Shown: positions 39,606 to 54,543, counted from the first letter of the stretch. The stretch is 64,000 nt of DNA from an uncultured delta proteobacterium (GCA_963716725.1 CAVQUB010000012.1:192001-256000), one strand, 5' to 3'. Notes: a model not told the origin generated them from the letters alone. Translations and numbers: made by a program.

Positions 39606-40821
39606 TTACTCGACGCCGCGCAGGTCGCGCGCGTGGAAGCCCATCAAGAAGAGCAGGGTGTCCAGTCGTTCGTGGTGGTTCAGGCTCATGTCGGCCACTT
39701 CTTGCAGCTTGGGCTTCGCGCGGAACGCGATGCCGAGCCCGGCGGCCTTCAACATGAGCATGTCGTTGGCGCCGTCGCCGATGGCCACCGTTTGCTCGAG
39801 CCGGCATCCGTACACCTTGGCCATGTCGCGGAGCACTTGAGCCTTGCGCTCACCGTCCACGATCGAACCTTGAACTCGGCCCGTGAGCACGCCGCCCTGG
39901 ACCTCGAGCTCGTTCGAGAACGCGAAGTCCAGGCCGAAGCGCTGCTTGAGCGGCTCGACGAAGAAGTCGAAGCCGCCGCTGACGAGCCCCACGCGGAAGC
40001 CCAGGCTCTTCAAGATGCGGACGAAACGCTCCGCGCCCAGCGTCAGCTCGAAGCGGGACGCCAGCTCCCGGGCGCGGTCCATGCTGAGGCCTTCCAGCAA
40101 CTTCACGCGCTCCGCCAGGGCGCTCTTGAAGTCCAGCTCGCCGCGCATTGCGCGAGCCGTGATGGCGGCGACCTGATTCTTTGACGCCCACGAGCGCGGC
40201 CAGTTCGTCGATGAACTCTCCCTTCACGAAGGTGGAGTCGACGTCCATCACCACCATGCGCTTGCTGCGGCGGTAGATGTCGTCGCGCTGCACGGCCAGA
40301 TCCACGCCGAGGGTGGCCCCCAGTTCCAAGAACTGGCCGCGGAGCTCGGCCAAGTCCTCGTGCTTGGGGCTCGGACCCGGCGGCAAGCCGGCGAGCAGCT
40401 CGAGCCCGTCGAGATCCTCGTCCGAGAGCGAACGGATCTCCATGATGTTCATTCCGCGGGTCGCCATGCTCCGAGTGATCGCAGCCACCGCGCGGCCATC
40501 CGCCAGCTGTCCAAGAACCGTGACGCAGAGGCCGCTGGGAAGCTGGTCGCCCAGCGCGGGCGCAGTGGGCTCGAACTTCGTGACCTCGAGTCGGAGCCCG
40601 AGCTCCGAAGCAAAGAACAACACCTCTCGAAGAGCCGCCGAACTCACCGGGATCTCGACGATGACGGACAGAGTCAAGTAGCCGTGCAGGACGTTCTGTC
40701 CGATGTCCACGAGGTGGGCGTTCTCTTTGGCGACGATCTCGGCGATGCGGGCCGTGACGCCCGGGCGATCGGGGCCTGCGAGGTGGAAGACCACGCGGTC
40801 TTTCTGGTTCGGATGGGTCAT
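39606..40821 (-). CDS. serB: Phosphoserine phosphatase with N-terminal ACT domains, one +1 indel near 40177
   Basis: GPDRPGVT (ACT) and DVDST, then in the shifted frame AMRGELDF, VSGGF, AIGDGANDM and AKP. Confidence 0.92.
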
Positions 40822-40927
40822 GGCTTCGCCGGTGTCGCGCCTGATAGGACTTTCGCTGCCGGATGGCAATCGCTCGGACTTGACCCGGCGCCCGACCTAC
40901 CTGAAAGTGAGCCACTCGGAGCACGAA

Positions 40928-41341
40928 ATGCGCGCGACCCTTCCCTGCATGCTCGTTCTGCTCGGGGCGCTACTGGCCTGTAAGAAGGAGTCTGCTCCAG
41001 CGGAGCAGCAGGCCGTCGCTGAGCCCGCGCCCGCGCCCGCAGCCCCAGCGCCCCCCGAGGAGACCATCGCCGACTTCAGGGGAGTGTTCATCTCCAACTG
41101 GGGCAAGGCCACCTGCACTCAGGTCAAGCGGAACGTCAACTGCCTCTATGCGGGCAAGAGCGGCTCGATGGATTGCAAGGTCGTCGGTGAAAACGAGCTC
41201 GACTGCGAGTGGGAGGAGCCCGGAGCGAGCGGCAAGGCGAAGCTCACCAAGAAGGCCGACGGCAAGGTCGCCGGCACCTGGGGCAACGGATCGAGTGCCA
41301 CCAACGGTGGCGCTTGGGTGTTCAAACCGGCAGCCAAGTGA
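40928..41341 (+). CDS. Small lipoprotein, predicted beta-barrel with four Cys
   Basis: Lipobox LLAC, Pro/Ala linker, then short beta strands ending GTWGNG...WVF. Confidence 0.7.
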   Translation: MRATLPCMLVLLGALLACKKESAPAEQQAVAEPAPAPAAPAPPEETIADFRGVFISNWGKATCTQVKRNVNCLYAGKSGSMDCKVVGENELDCEWEEPGASGKAKLTKKADGKVAGTWGNGSSATNGGAWVFKPAAK

Positions 41342-41348
41342 GGGTGCG

Positions 41349-42545
41349 TCACTTCGACTTCGGGACCTTGCGCAGCTCTCCCGTGCTGGTCGCGTACACG
41401 ACGTCGTAGGGCGAATCCGCGAGGGCGGAGGGCCCCGACTCTTTCGGAGCGATTTGCGTCACCACGCCGCCGCCGGCCGCAACGGCGAACACGCCGCCGC
41501 CAGCGTAGCTCTGTGTCTCGTCGCCAATGGCAGACCAGGCGATGGTTGGGCTCGACTTGAAGCGGATCACGGGGCCGATCTTGGTGAAGCCGCTCGCGAG
41601 TTGCTTCTCGGCGGCGCCGATCCCGTCGCAGGCCGTTCCCGAGAGCGAGCGTGACCAGACGCTGCCTTCGCTGCGCGTGTAGTAGAAGTTCGCGGCGTCC
41701 GCGGCAAGTCCAGTCGCGTCGCTGATCGGCGCCGAAAGCGCGCTTTCTCGGGTGCCGCCGCCCGTGGGCATGACCCAGAGCGCGCCGTTCGAAATCCAAT
41801 ACACACAGGCGCCGCTGGCCACCACGGCGCCGCCGGTTTCCCCCTCCGTGACGCTGAATATTGCGGCCCCCGCTTGCACGCCCGCCGAGAGGCCGAAGCG
41901 TGCGAGTCCGACCACGTTCGAAGTGCTCGCATCGAAGGTCACGTAAGCGAAGCCGTCCGTCGCCGCGAACAATCCGCGAGCGCCGAGCGGCGACTTGCCG
42001 GTGATGCTGATCTCGTCCTTTGCGCCGCCCGCCTTCGCGGTCCGCACCAAGCTCCCTTGCACGCCGCTGTTGCGCCCGCCGGCCACGAAGACGTAGGACG
42101 ACGTCGATGGAGCGATCAACGCCCGCGGCTTCTCCAGCAGCGGGGTGAGATCCTGCGCGGGGCCTCCGGCAATGGGGAGCTTTCGCAATGGCGAGTCTGC
42201 GAGGTCGCCGATAGTGAAATAGACGTCGGTCTCGTCGGCCGAAAGCACGATGGGCGGCGTGCCCGCCCAGAGCTTGGTCACGGGGAACTTCTGCGGATCG
42301 TAGCCGACATAGCCCGCGCTGCCCCCGCCTCCGGCCGCGCCGCCGCCGCCGCCGGTCGTGCCTCCTCCGCCGCCGCTGCTTCCGCCGGTGCCTCCAACCC
42401 CGCCCGACCCTCCAGCGCCGCCGCCGCCGCCGCCGCCGCCGGTCTGATCGATCAGCGATTCATCCAGGGTCTTCAGGCAGCCTGCGGCGGCGAAAGCTGC
42501 CACCGCCACCCATGCTCCGAGCTGAGCGCGACTCGGGGCCGACAT
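41349..42545 (-). CDS. Lipoprotein with a Gly-rich linker and beta-propeller-like repeats
   Basis: Lipobox AAGC and poly-Gly linker; repeats DETDVYFT, GACVYWIS, DAANFYYT and DVVYAT. Confidence 0.78.
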   Translation of the reverse strand: MSAPSRAQLGAWVAVAAFAAAGCLKTLDESLIDQTGGGGGGGGAGGSGGVGGTGGSSGGGGGTTGGGGGAAGGGGSAGYVGYDPQKFPVTKLWAGTPPIVLSADETDVYFTIGDLADSPLRKLPIAGGPAQDLTPLLEKPRALIAPSTSSYVFVAGGRNSGVQGSLVRTAKAGGAKDEISITGKSPLGARGLFAATDGFAYVTFDASTSNVVGLARFGLSAGVQAGAAIFSVTEGETGGAVVASGACVYWISNGALWVMPTGGGTRESALSAPISDATGLAADAANFYYTRSEGSVWSRSLSGTACDGIGAAEKQLASGFTKIGPVIRFKSSPTIAWSAIGDETQSYAGGGVFAVAAGGGVVTQIAPKESGPSALADSPYDVVYATSTGELRKVPKSK

Positions 42546-42620
42546 GCTCGCTTCAGCATAGCACCCTGGCTTCGCGCCGGTCGAGGCTACTCTCCAAGGA
42601 CTTCAGGCGGTGGCTACGCC

Positions 42621-42644
42621 GCCCAGTCGCCCAGTCGCCCAGTC
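42621..42644. repeat. Intergenic 8-bp tandem repeat x3
   Basis: GCCCAGTC occurs three times in tandem. Confidence 0.8.
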
Positions 42645-42693
42645 GGCTCGCATGGTGGCGCCGACCGCTGGCGGTCCGCGCACGGCTTTGCCG

Positions 42694-43509
42694 TCAGAGC
42701 GTCGCCTCTTTGCAGCGCTCGATGCTGGAGCGAAAGCTCTTCTCGATGACCGAGCGCCGGTCCTTCTCCGAGAGCTGGCCCATCGGGCTCGGGAACTCGT
42801 CGCGATAGACCACAAAGGCGGCCTTGCAATCCCCGGCGCGAGCCAGGCAGGCGGCGCCGGTGTGGAACAGCGCCTTCGGCGACGAGGTCACCTGCGAGTC
42901 GTCAGGACCGGTCGGCGGAACGCGTGGCACGAGCTGCTTGACCCGCGCGATGTTCTCCGAGCAATCGCTGCGAGTGTTCATGTACGCGCCGTCCGTGAGC
43001 TCGCGCAGGGCCCGCAGCAGGCGATCGCGATCTGTCTCGTCGCCCCCGCGGCAGCGCATCGACGCGATGCCCTCTACGCTGGTCTTGGCGATCTCCGGGC
43101 TCATGTTCATCTCGCGCACGTAGTAGTCGAGGAGCGCTTGCTTGCCCGCCTGACAGCGTCCGACCAGCATTTCGCATTGGGCGCGAATCGAGACCATGGT
43201 GCTCTCGAGTTTCGCGTCGAGCTGCTTCAGACGGTCCAGCTCCGCCAGGCAACCCTTGCCGTCGTCGTGCATCATCCTGCGGTTAGCGGCTTGCGCGATC
43301 AGGGCGACCTCGCCCAGAGGGGTCGAGGGAAGGCGATCGGCGGCCGGCTCCGGCGCTCGGTCTCGCGGGTCTCCCGCCGGTGCCGCGATCAGCTGTGGAG
43401 AGCCTGGATCCGCGCTCGGCGCCGGCTCCGGCGCTCGCGACTCGCGCTGGCACGAGAGCGACGCGAAGAGCGCACACAAAGCCAGGAGCCGACCGCGCCG
43501 GATCGTCAC
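42694..43509 (-). CDS. Lipoprotein consisting of a stand-alone 8-Cys helical domain, paralogous to the C-terminus of the upstream gene
   Basis: Lipobox SLSC. GTG start overlaps the upstream TGA (GTGA). DGKGCLAELD and the other Cys blocks align with 43506-45002. Confidence 0.82.
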   Translation of the reverse strand: MTIRRGRLLALCALFASLSCQRESRAPEPAPSADPGSPQLIAAPAGDPRDRAPEPAADRLPSTPLGEVALIAQAANRRMMHDDGKGCLAELDRLKQLDAKLESTMVSIRAQCEMLVGRCQAGKQALLDYYVREMNMSPEIAKTSVEGIASMRCRGGDETDRDRLLRALRELTDGAYMNTRSDCSENIARVKQLVPRVPPTGPDDSQVTSSPKALFHTGAACLARAGDCKAAFVVYRDEFPSPMGQLSEKDRRSVIEKSFRSSIERCKEATL

Positions 43510-45002
43510 TTCTTACACTTCTGATTCTGCGTCTCGAAGCCCGATCGCATGATCTGCTCCTTCAGGTCGTCCTTCGTGTTCTTCATGAGCTCGAGCGGAT
43601 AGCCGTCCTTGTAGAGCTTCCACGCCAGGTTGCAGTCGCCCGCCTTGGTCGCGCAGCGCGACGCGGTGGAGTAGAGCGTGCGCGGGCCGTGGACGATCTG
43701 CGTGTCGTCTTCGTCCTTGGCCTTCACGACTTTGAACAACCGCTTCGCGGTATCGTAGTTCGATTGACAATACGCCGCGTCCTTCTTGTTCACGCCGGCC
43801 ATGGTCAGGTTGTGCACCGCCTGTAGCAGCGTGTCGCGGTCGTTCATCTTGCCCTGGCAGTACATTCTGGCCAGGGCGTCCGCGTGCGCGTCGATCTGCT
43901 CGGGCGACTGATCGCCCTGCATGGTCGCCAAGCCTTTGCGAACCAGCGACTTGCCCGCGTCGCACTGACCGCTCAGCATCACGCACTGGCCGCGCAGGTA
44001 GTGAGGGAAACCCGACTTCGGCTCCGTGGACTTCTCCTTGGGGTTGAGCTTGTCGTGCTTGTCGAGCTCCGCCAGACAGCCCTTGCCGTCACGGGCGGTG
44101 TGCTTCGCTTGCGCGCTCTTGAAGCGCTCGCCGGCTTCGCCGGAGGCCTCGAACTTCGCCTCCAGCTTGGCGGCCTTGTTGAGCGAGGCGTCCGTTTCGG
44201 GGGCCTTTTTGGCTGTCTGATCGGGGTTTTCGCCGCCTTCGATCTTGCGCAGCGTGAGCCGGATCGGGACCTTGCAGCCCTGGATCTCGGTCGCCGTCTC
44301 GCTCTTGCAAAGCGTCAGGTCGCCGCCCTGTTTGTCGGCCTTCGAGCTCTTCTTGCTGCTGCCGCCGGCACCGAAGCCGTAGAGCGAGCCCTCGGCGCTG
44401 ACCGCGGTGTCTTTTGCCGAGCCCAAGGCAAACGCGCCCAGATTGTAGCCGTAGACGTAGTGGGTCGCGCCCTTGCAGCCCGCGTTTGCGCCGACGTCGC
44501 TGGCGTACACCGCCGGGCGCGTCGCCGAGCGTGTGCCGGCCACGTAGTACTCCATGCGGAACTGCTCGCCGCCGGAGATGCGTCCGCCCAGGGTCGCGAC
44601 GCCGAGCGGGAGGCTGGCGTAGAGCTCGGCCTCGCTCTTGATCTCCAGCTTCTCGAGGGAGCCGCTGGTCCACTCGACGGGCTTGTAGCTGCCGAGGGAT
44701 CCACGGACCGAGTCGTCCTTGCAGCTGTCGAGCACCGTGAGCTTGCAGCCCTCGTACTTCACGAACACGACGTCGTTGGTCGCGATCGACTCGAACTGCG
44801 ACATGTCGGTCGCGTCCCACTCGATGATGAAGGGGCGCTCGTGGTTCTCGGGGTTGCACTTGTTCTTGCCGGCGAAGGTCTCGCCCATCAGCTTGCTCTG
44901 CCCGCCCTCGCGGGAGCCACCGGCGCCCGGGGCGCCGCCGGGCCCGCAGGCGGCGGAGAAGGCAGTCAACGCGAGCAATCCGAGGTACGGGGTCGAGTTC
45001 AT
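43506..45002 (-). CDS. Two-domain lipoprotein: N-terminal putative MACPF/CDC-like domain plus C-terminal 8-Cys helical domain
   Basis: Lipobox SAAC; intact 498-aa ORF. GATHYVYGYNLGAF...GGD...VPIRLTLRKI pattern. The ORF is secure; the domain call is tentative. Confidence 0.7.
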   Translation of the reverse strand: MNSTPYLGLLALTAFSAACGPGGAPGAGGSREGGQSKLMGETFAGKNKCNPENHERPFIIEWDATDMSQFESIATNDVVFVKYEGCKLTVLDSCKDDSVRGSLGSYKPVEWTSGSLEKLEIKSEAELYASLPLGVATLGGRISGGEQFRMEYYVAGTRSATRPAVYASDVGANAGCKGATHYVYGYNLGAFALGSAKDTAVSAEGSLYGFGAGGSSKKSSKADKQGGDLTLCKSETATEIQGCKVPIRLTLRKIEGGENPDQTAKKAPETDASLNKAAKLEAKFEASGEAGERFKSAQAKHTARDGKGCLAELDKHDKLNPKEKSTEPKSGFPHYLRGQCVMLSGQCDAGKSLVRKGLATMQGDQSPEQIDAHADALARMYCQGKMNDRDTLLQAVHNLTMAGVNKKDAAYCQSNYDTAKRLFKVVKAKDEDDTQIVHGPRTLYSTASRCATKAGDCNLAWKLYKDGYPLELMKNTKDDLKEQIMRSGFETQNQKCKK

Positions 45003-45208
45003 GACGTTCCTTCGATTTCGACGCGGAGGAGCTTTCCACCACCGCGCACGGCCTTCAAGGCCGGCGTCTCTACGCGCGAAATCGGGAGGATCTTCCCTGG
45101 GCCCTGAAGAACTCAGCGAGCGGTTCGAAATGAAACCCTAGCGATGACCATGACTCCGAACCCGCGTCACCTTCCTAGTCGCCGTGGCGCCTCGCGGCGA
45201 GTTTCAGC

Positions 45209-47074
<1,866 letters not shown>

Positions 47075-47094
47075 GGCTGGTCTCCATGAGGGGA

Positions 47095-50752
<3,658 letters not shown>

Positions 50753-50770
50753 GATTTCGCTCTCTCGCTG

Positions 50771-50788
50771 ACTGACACCGGCGTCAGT
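50771..50788. promoter_or_regulatory. Palindromic operator, probable site for the adjacent TetR
   Basis: ACTGACACCGGCGTCAGT, a near-perfect inverted repeat 18 nt upstream of the activase ATG. Confidence 0.65.
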
Positions 50789-50923
50789 GTACGGAAAGGG
50801 GACAGGAGGGCAACCGTCAAAGGTCACGGATGCGCGAATCGGGGGCAATCGCGGCGCAAGCTCCCGAAATCGCAGCGGCCTTTTCGACGACCTCCGGCCC
50901 CAGATACCGGTCCGCGAGTTCCC

Positions 50924-50937
50924 TGACGTCAGTGTCA
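50924..50937. promoter_or_regulatory. Second TGAC-N6-GTCA box upstream of tetR (probable autoregulation)
   Basis: TGACGTCAGTGTCA has the same core and spacing as the 50771 site. Confidence 0.5.
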
Positions 50938-50979
50938 CCTGCGACGGGGCGGCCGAACCGGACGTATGCTGCCGGCGCC

Positions 50980-51669
50980 ATGGCTCGGGCAAAAGCGGCT
51001 GGGCGCGGGGAGCCGGCGCCGCGGGGACGCAAGACGTCGCGTGGCGCGGCCTCGAAGGCCGAGCGCCGATCGACCATCTTGGCCGCTGCTCGCGACGTAT
51101 TCGCCAAGCGCGGCTATCACGCTTCGACGATCGACGACATCGTCGCCGAGACCGGCGTCGCGCGCGGCACCTTCTACCTCTACTTCGAGGACAAACGCGC
51201 GGTCTTCTCGGATTTGATGGACCGCTTCTTCACCGCGCTCACGATGGCGATCAACCGCATTGACGTCGCCGCTCCGGCAGCGCCCGTGGCGGAGCAGGCT
51301 CGCGCCAACATTCGAGCGATCATTGGCATGTGCCTGGCCGACCGGGCCATGACCAAGATCCTGCTCTCGGACGCCCACGGCGTGGACCCCGCGTTCGACC
51401 GCAAGCTGGCCACCTTCTACGACGCCGTCGTTCAGCTCTTGACCGACAGCTTGCGAGAAGGACAGACGCTCGGGATCGTCGCCGACGGCGAGCCACGCGT
51501 GATGGCCTACCTGACCATCGGCGCGCTCAAGGAATTGCTCTATCAGGCGGTCACGCTGGGGCTCGCCGAAGAGAGCGCGGAGGTCCTCACCCAACAGATC
51601 TTCGAGTTCGTGAGCGAGGGTTACCTGCGGGTGCACCCCCGAGACGCACGCGCCAAGAAGCCCCGGTAG
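50980..51669 (+). CDS. TetR/AcrR family transcriptional regulator
   Basis: ILAAARDVFAKRGYHASTIDDIVAETGVARGTFYLYFEDK helix-turn-helix; divergent from the activase. Confidence 0.93.
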   Translation: MARAKAAGRGEPAPRGRKTSRGAASKAERRSTILAAARDVFAKRGYHASTIDDIVAETGVARGTFYLYFEDKRAVFSDLMDRFFTALTMAINRIDVAAPAAPVAEQARANIRAIIGMCLADRAMTKILLSDAHGVDPAFDRKLATFYDAVVQLLTDSLREGQTLGIVADGEPRVMAYLTIGALKELLYQAVTLGLAEESAEVLTQQIFEFVSEGYLRVHPRDARAKKPR

Positions 51670-51744
51670 AACGGCCTTCAATAAGCGATCGTTGCCGCTT
51701 CTTCGCGGACGGACCAGTCGGCGGCGTACGATCGCGCCCAGCCA

Positions 51745-52734
51745 ATGACCCAGGACTCAGGCGGAGGATGCATCGTCCGCGCCGTGGCCTTCGACTTCGA
51801 GGCCAAGGTCGAGCGCAGCATCGAGCTCGCCGAGATGCGCGGGGTCATGGCGTCTGGCCAGTTCGTCTGGGTCGACGTGGATCTCGGAGACGCCGACGAG
51901 GCCCGGGCGCTGCTCGCCGAGCTCGCGCTGTTCAGCGACGAGATCGTCGACGACGCGCTCACGCGGGAGCCCGCGACGCAGACCGCGCGCTACGACGGCT
52001 ATTTGCACTTCGTCGTCTCCGGTTGTCGGCTCATCGGGCGCCACTTCGATCTGGAGCGCGTCGACTGCGTGATCGGAGAGCGCTTCCTGTTCACTCTCCA
52101 CCGCGGGCAGGTCGTGTTCTTGCAGGCGCTCAAGAAGGACTACTCCCAGGACTTCGCTGAGTTCGCCAAGAGCCCCAGCTTCTTGATCTATGAAATCTGG
52201 GATCACCTGACCGACAACTACTTGGCGGTTCAGAAGCGCTTCGAAGAGCGCGTGGAGGTCTTGCAGTCCGAGCTGATGCGTGAAGTGGATGACAAGGTCT
52301 TCGCGTCTGTGTCGGAGCTCGGCGCGGACTTGCTGCATTTCCGCAAGGTCGTCATGCCCGCCCGCGCGGTGCTGACAGATCTCTCGACGCGGCGCTCGCT
52401 CTACATCAGCGAGGCGACTCAGCCCTTCCTGGCGAACATGGTCGGCACCCTCGAGCGCGTGCTTCAAGACCTGCTGGTCGATCGCGACGTGCTCTCGAAC
52501 TCGCTGAATCTGTACATGTCGCTGGTGCAGCACCGCACCAACGAGGTCATGAAGAAGCTGACGGTCGTCAGTGTGATTTTCCTGCCGCTGACCTTCTTGT
52601 GCGGGGTGTACGGCATGAACTTCGAGCACCTGCCAGAGCTCAAGTGGCAGTACGGATACGCCGTGTTTTGGAGCGCGGTGCTCGCAATCGTGGCGCTGAT
52701 CGCGGTTGTGTCGCGGCGCGCCAAGCTGCTCTGA
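51745..52734 (+). CDS. corA: CorA family Mg2+/Co2+ transporter
   Basis: FVWVD, NEVMKKLT, FLPLTFLCGVYGMNF and PELKWQYGY. Confidence 0.93.
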   Translation: MTQDSGGGCIVRAVAFDFEAKVERSIELAEMRGVMASGQFVWVDVDLGDADEARALLAELALFSDEIVDDALTREPATQTARYDGYLHFVVSGCRLIGRHFDLERVDCVIGERFLFTLHRGQVVFLQALKKDYSQDFAEFAKSPSFLIYEIWDHLTDNYLAVQKRFEERVEVLQSELMREVDDKVFASVSELGADLLHFRKVVMPARAVLTDLSTRRSLYISEATQPFLANMVGTLERVLQDLLVDRDVLSNSLNLYMSLVQHRTNEVMKKLTVVSVIFLPLTFLCGVYGMNFEHLPELKWQYGYAVFWSAVLAIVALIAVVSRRAKLL

Positions 52735-52797
52735 CGGCTGCACCTGCGCCCAGGCGCGCTGTTGACGTCGCGGGTCGTCCCTGGCGATGCTCGGGCC

Positions 52798-54543
52798 ATG
52801 AGAACGATCCTTGGTGGTGCCCTCGTCGTCCTGGCCTCCCTCGTCGGCTTTGCTTGCTCCAGCGAGTCCGGAGACACCGGGCCCGGGAGCGTAAGCGATC
52901 GCAAGAAGCCCGTGGGCTGCGTCGGCAAGTGCGACTCGCCCACTGACGTCTTCGTGAGCCCCTACGTGGCGGACATTGCCAAGATGAACGCCATCTGGCC
53001 GGGCGAGCCGGCCATCGTCAAAGTCGAAGACGCCTACACGGTGCTGGTCGATCTCGGACAGGCGAAGTTCCCGGCGCCGACCCACCTGTTCGGCGCGCCG
53101 GTGAATGTGATCCCGTATTCGAACGCGGACGGCATCTCGGACGCGGCCGGCAAGCCGGTGGCGCGCGGCGATGCCGGTATTGCCAAGGCCTTCCCCCGCG
53201 GGGTCGTGGGCTACGCGATCAAGCACCACCGCCCGGAGCACCGGAAGCTCTCGCCCCAGGACATCGCCGCGAACATGAAGGAGCAGGTGAAGCTCCAAGA
53301 CACCCACATCGAGATCGTGGTGGGTGTCTCCCGCGACGGCGAGCCCGGCGCCGTCACCCTGAACAACCCGCAGGACTACGAGCAGGGTCTGTTCGGAACG
53401 CCCGGCTATTCGATGGTGTTCGTGAAGCCCGCCTGGCCCAGCTACCTCAGCGCGAATCAGATCAAGGCGTTCAACGACAACGTCCGCACCATGATCGCGG
53501 CCTTCAACACGGTCAGCGATTTTCCGGGCGACTACAACGGCGGAGACCCCCTCGCTGCTCATGACGTGCCCAAGCTGAAAGAGCACGTGAAGCAGATGGT
53601 GCTGGCGGTGGGCGGCGACTCGGCGGCGCAGGATTTCTTCAAGGACCCAAAGAACCTCGTTTACTGCGCGGAGTTGGCGTTCCTCGGCACCAGCGCGGGT
53701 CTGCACTTCCCCCTCAACGACGCCACCATCGTGCCGCTCGTGGGCCAGGCCGCCTGGGATGCCTTCAAGGCCGAGTTGGACAAACACAACGCCGGGCAGG
53801 CGTCGACCTTCACGACTCTCAACGAGAACCAGCGTGTCAAATACGTGGACCTGAGCCTGGCCCCTGCCGATCTGAAGGGCATGCCCAGCTACTCGCCGGA
53901 TGCGTCGGACGCCGGGAAGCTGGCGTTCAAGCCCATGACCATGGCCGACATCCTGCAGCACTTCCTGCGCACTCACGTGCCGCGTGAACAGCTCGGCGAG
54001 CAGCTCGCGCCGGTGCAGGGTCAGCTGCTCGAGCAGATGAAGCCGGGCGTGCTCGAGGCGATGGCGATGGATCAGCTGCCGGCAGCCGATCCGAAGCGCG
54101 TCGCGGTGGAGCAGCTCTTCGACGCACTCGTCGGCGTGGTCAAGAAGAGTTACGCCAACTACGCCGAGTTCCAGGCGGCGGTCGAGCCCCTGATGCAGCA
54201 AGCGCGCAAGATGACCGGGCCGCGGGACGACACCGGCACCGGCTACTTCGTTCCGCCGAGCCTGCTTCACGTCGTGGCGCAGGGCAAACACCCCGGGGGC
54301 CTGATCGGTCTGCAGTACGTCGGCCACGGCATCCACTGGTCGGCGGTCAGCCTGCCCGCGGCGCCGCCGCCCTCGAATCCCACCGACGACGGCTCGCTGA
54401 ACGTCGTGCCGCCCAACAGCCCCTACGGCAAGAGCTGCGTGTCGTCCTGCGGCGGTTCGTCGCCGGACGGGTCCTGCTGGTGCGACAACTCCTGCGCCGA
54501 GTACGGCGACTGCTGCACGGACAAAGCAACCGCCTGTCCGTGA
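52798..54543 (+). CDS. Lipoprotein with an unknown (possibly permuted papain-like) core and a C-terminal somatomedin B domain
   Basis: Lipobox GFAC. C-terminal SCVSSCGGSSPDGSCWCDNSCAEYGDCCTDKATACP has the 8-Cys SMB spacing. Confidence 0.78.
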   Translation: MRTILGGALVVLASLVGFACSSESGDTGPGSVSDRKKPVGCVGKCDSPTDVFVSPYVADIAKMNAIWPGEPAIVKVEDAYTVLVDLGQAKFPAPTHLFGAPVNVIPYSNADGISDAAGKPVARGDAGIAKAFPRGVVGYAIKHHRPEHRKLSPQDIAANMKEQVKLQDTHIEIVVGVSRDGEPGAVTLNNPQDYEQGLFGTPGYSMVFVKPAWPSYLSANQIKAFNDNVRTMIAAFNTVSDFPGDYNGGDPLAAHDVPKLKEHVKQMVLAVGGDSAAQDFFKDPKNLVYCAELAFLGTSAGLHFPLNDATIVPLVGQAAWDAFKAELDKHNAGQASTFTTLNENQRVKYVDLSLAPADLKGMPSYSPDASDAGKLAFKPMTMADILQHFLRTHVPREQLGEQLAPVQGQLLEQMKPGVLEAMAMDQLPAADPKRVAVEQLFDALVGVVKKSYANYAEFQAAVEPLMQQARKMTGPRDDTGTGYFVPPSLLHVVAQGKHPGGLIGLQYVGHGIHWSAVSLPAAPPPSNPTDDGSLNVVPPNSPYGKSCVSSCGGSSPDGSCWCDNSCAEYGDCCTDKATACP

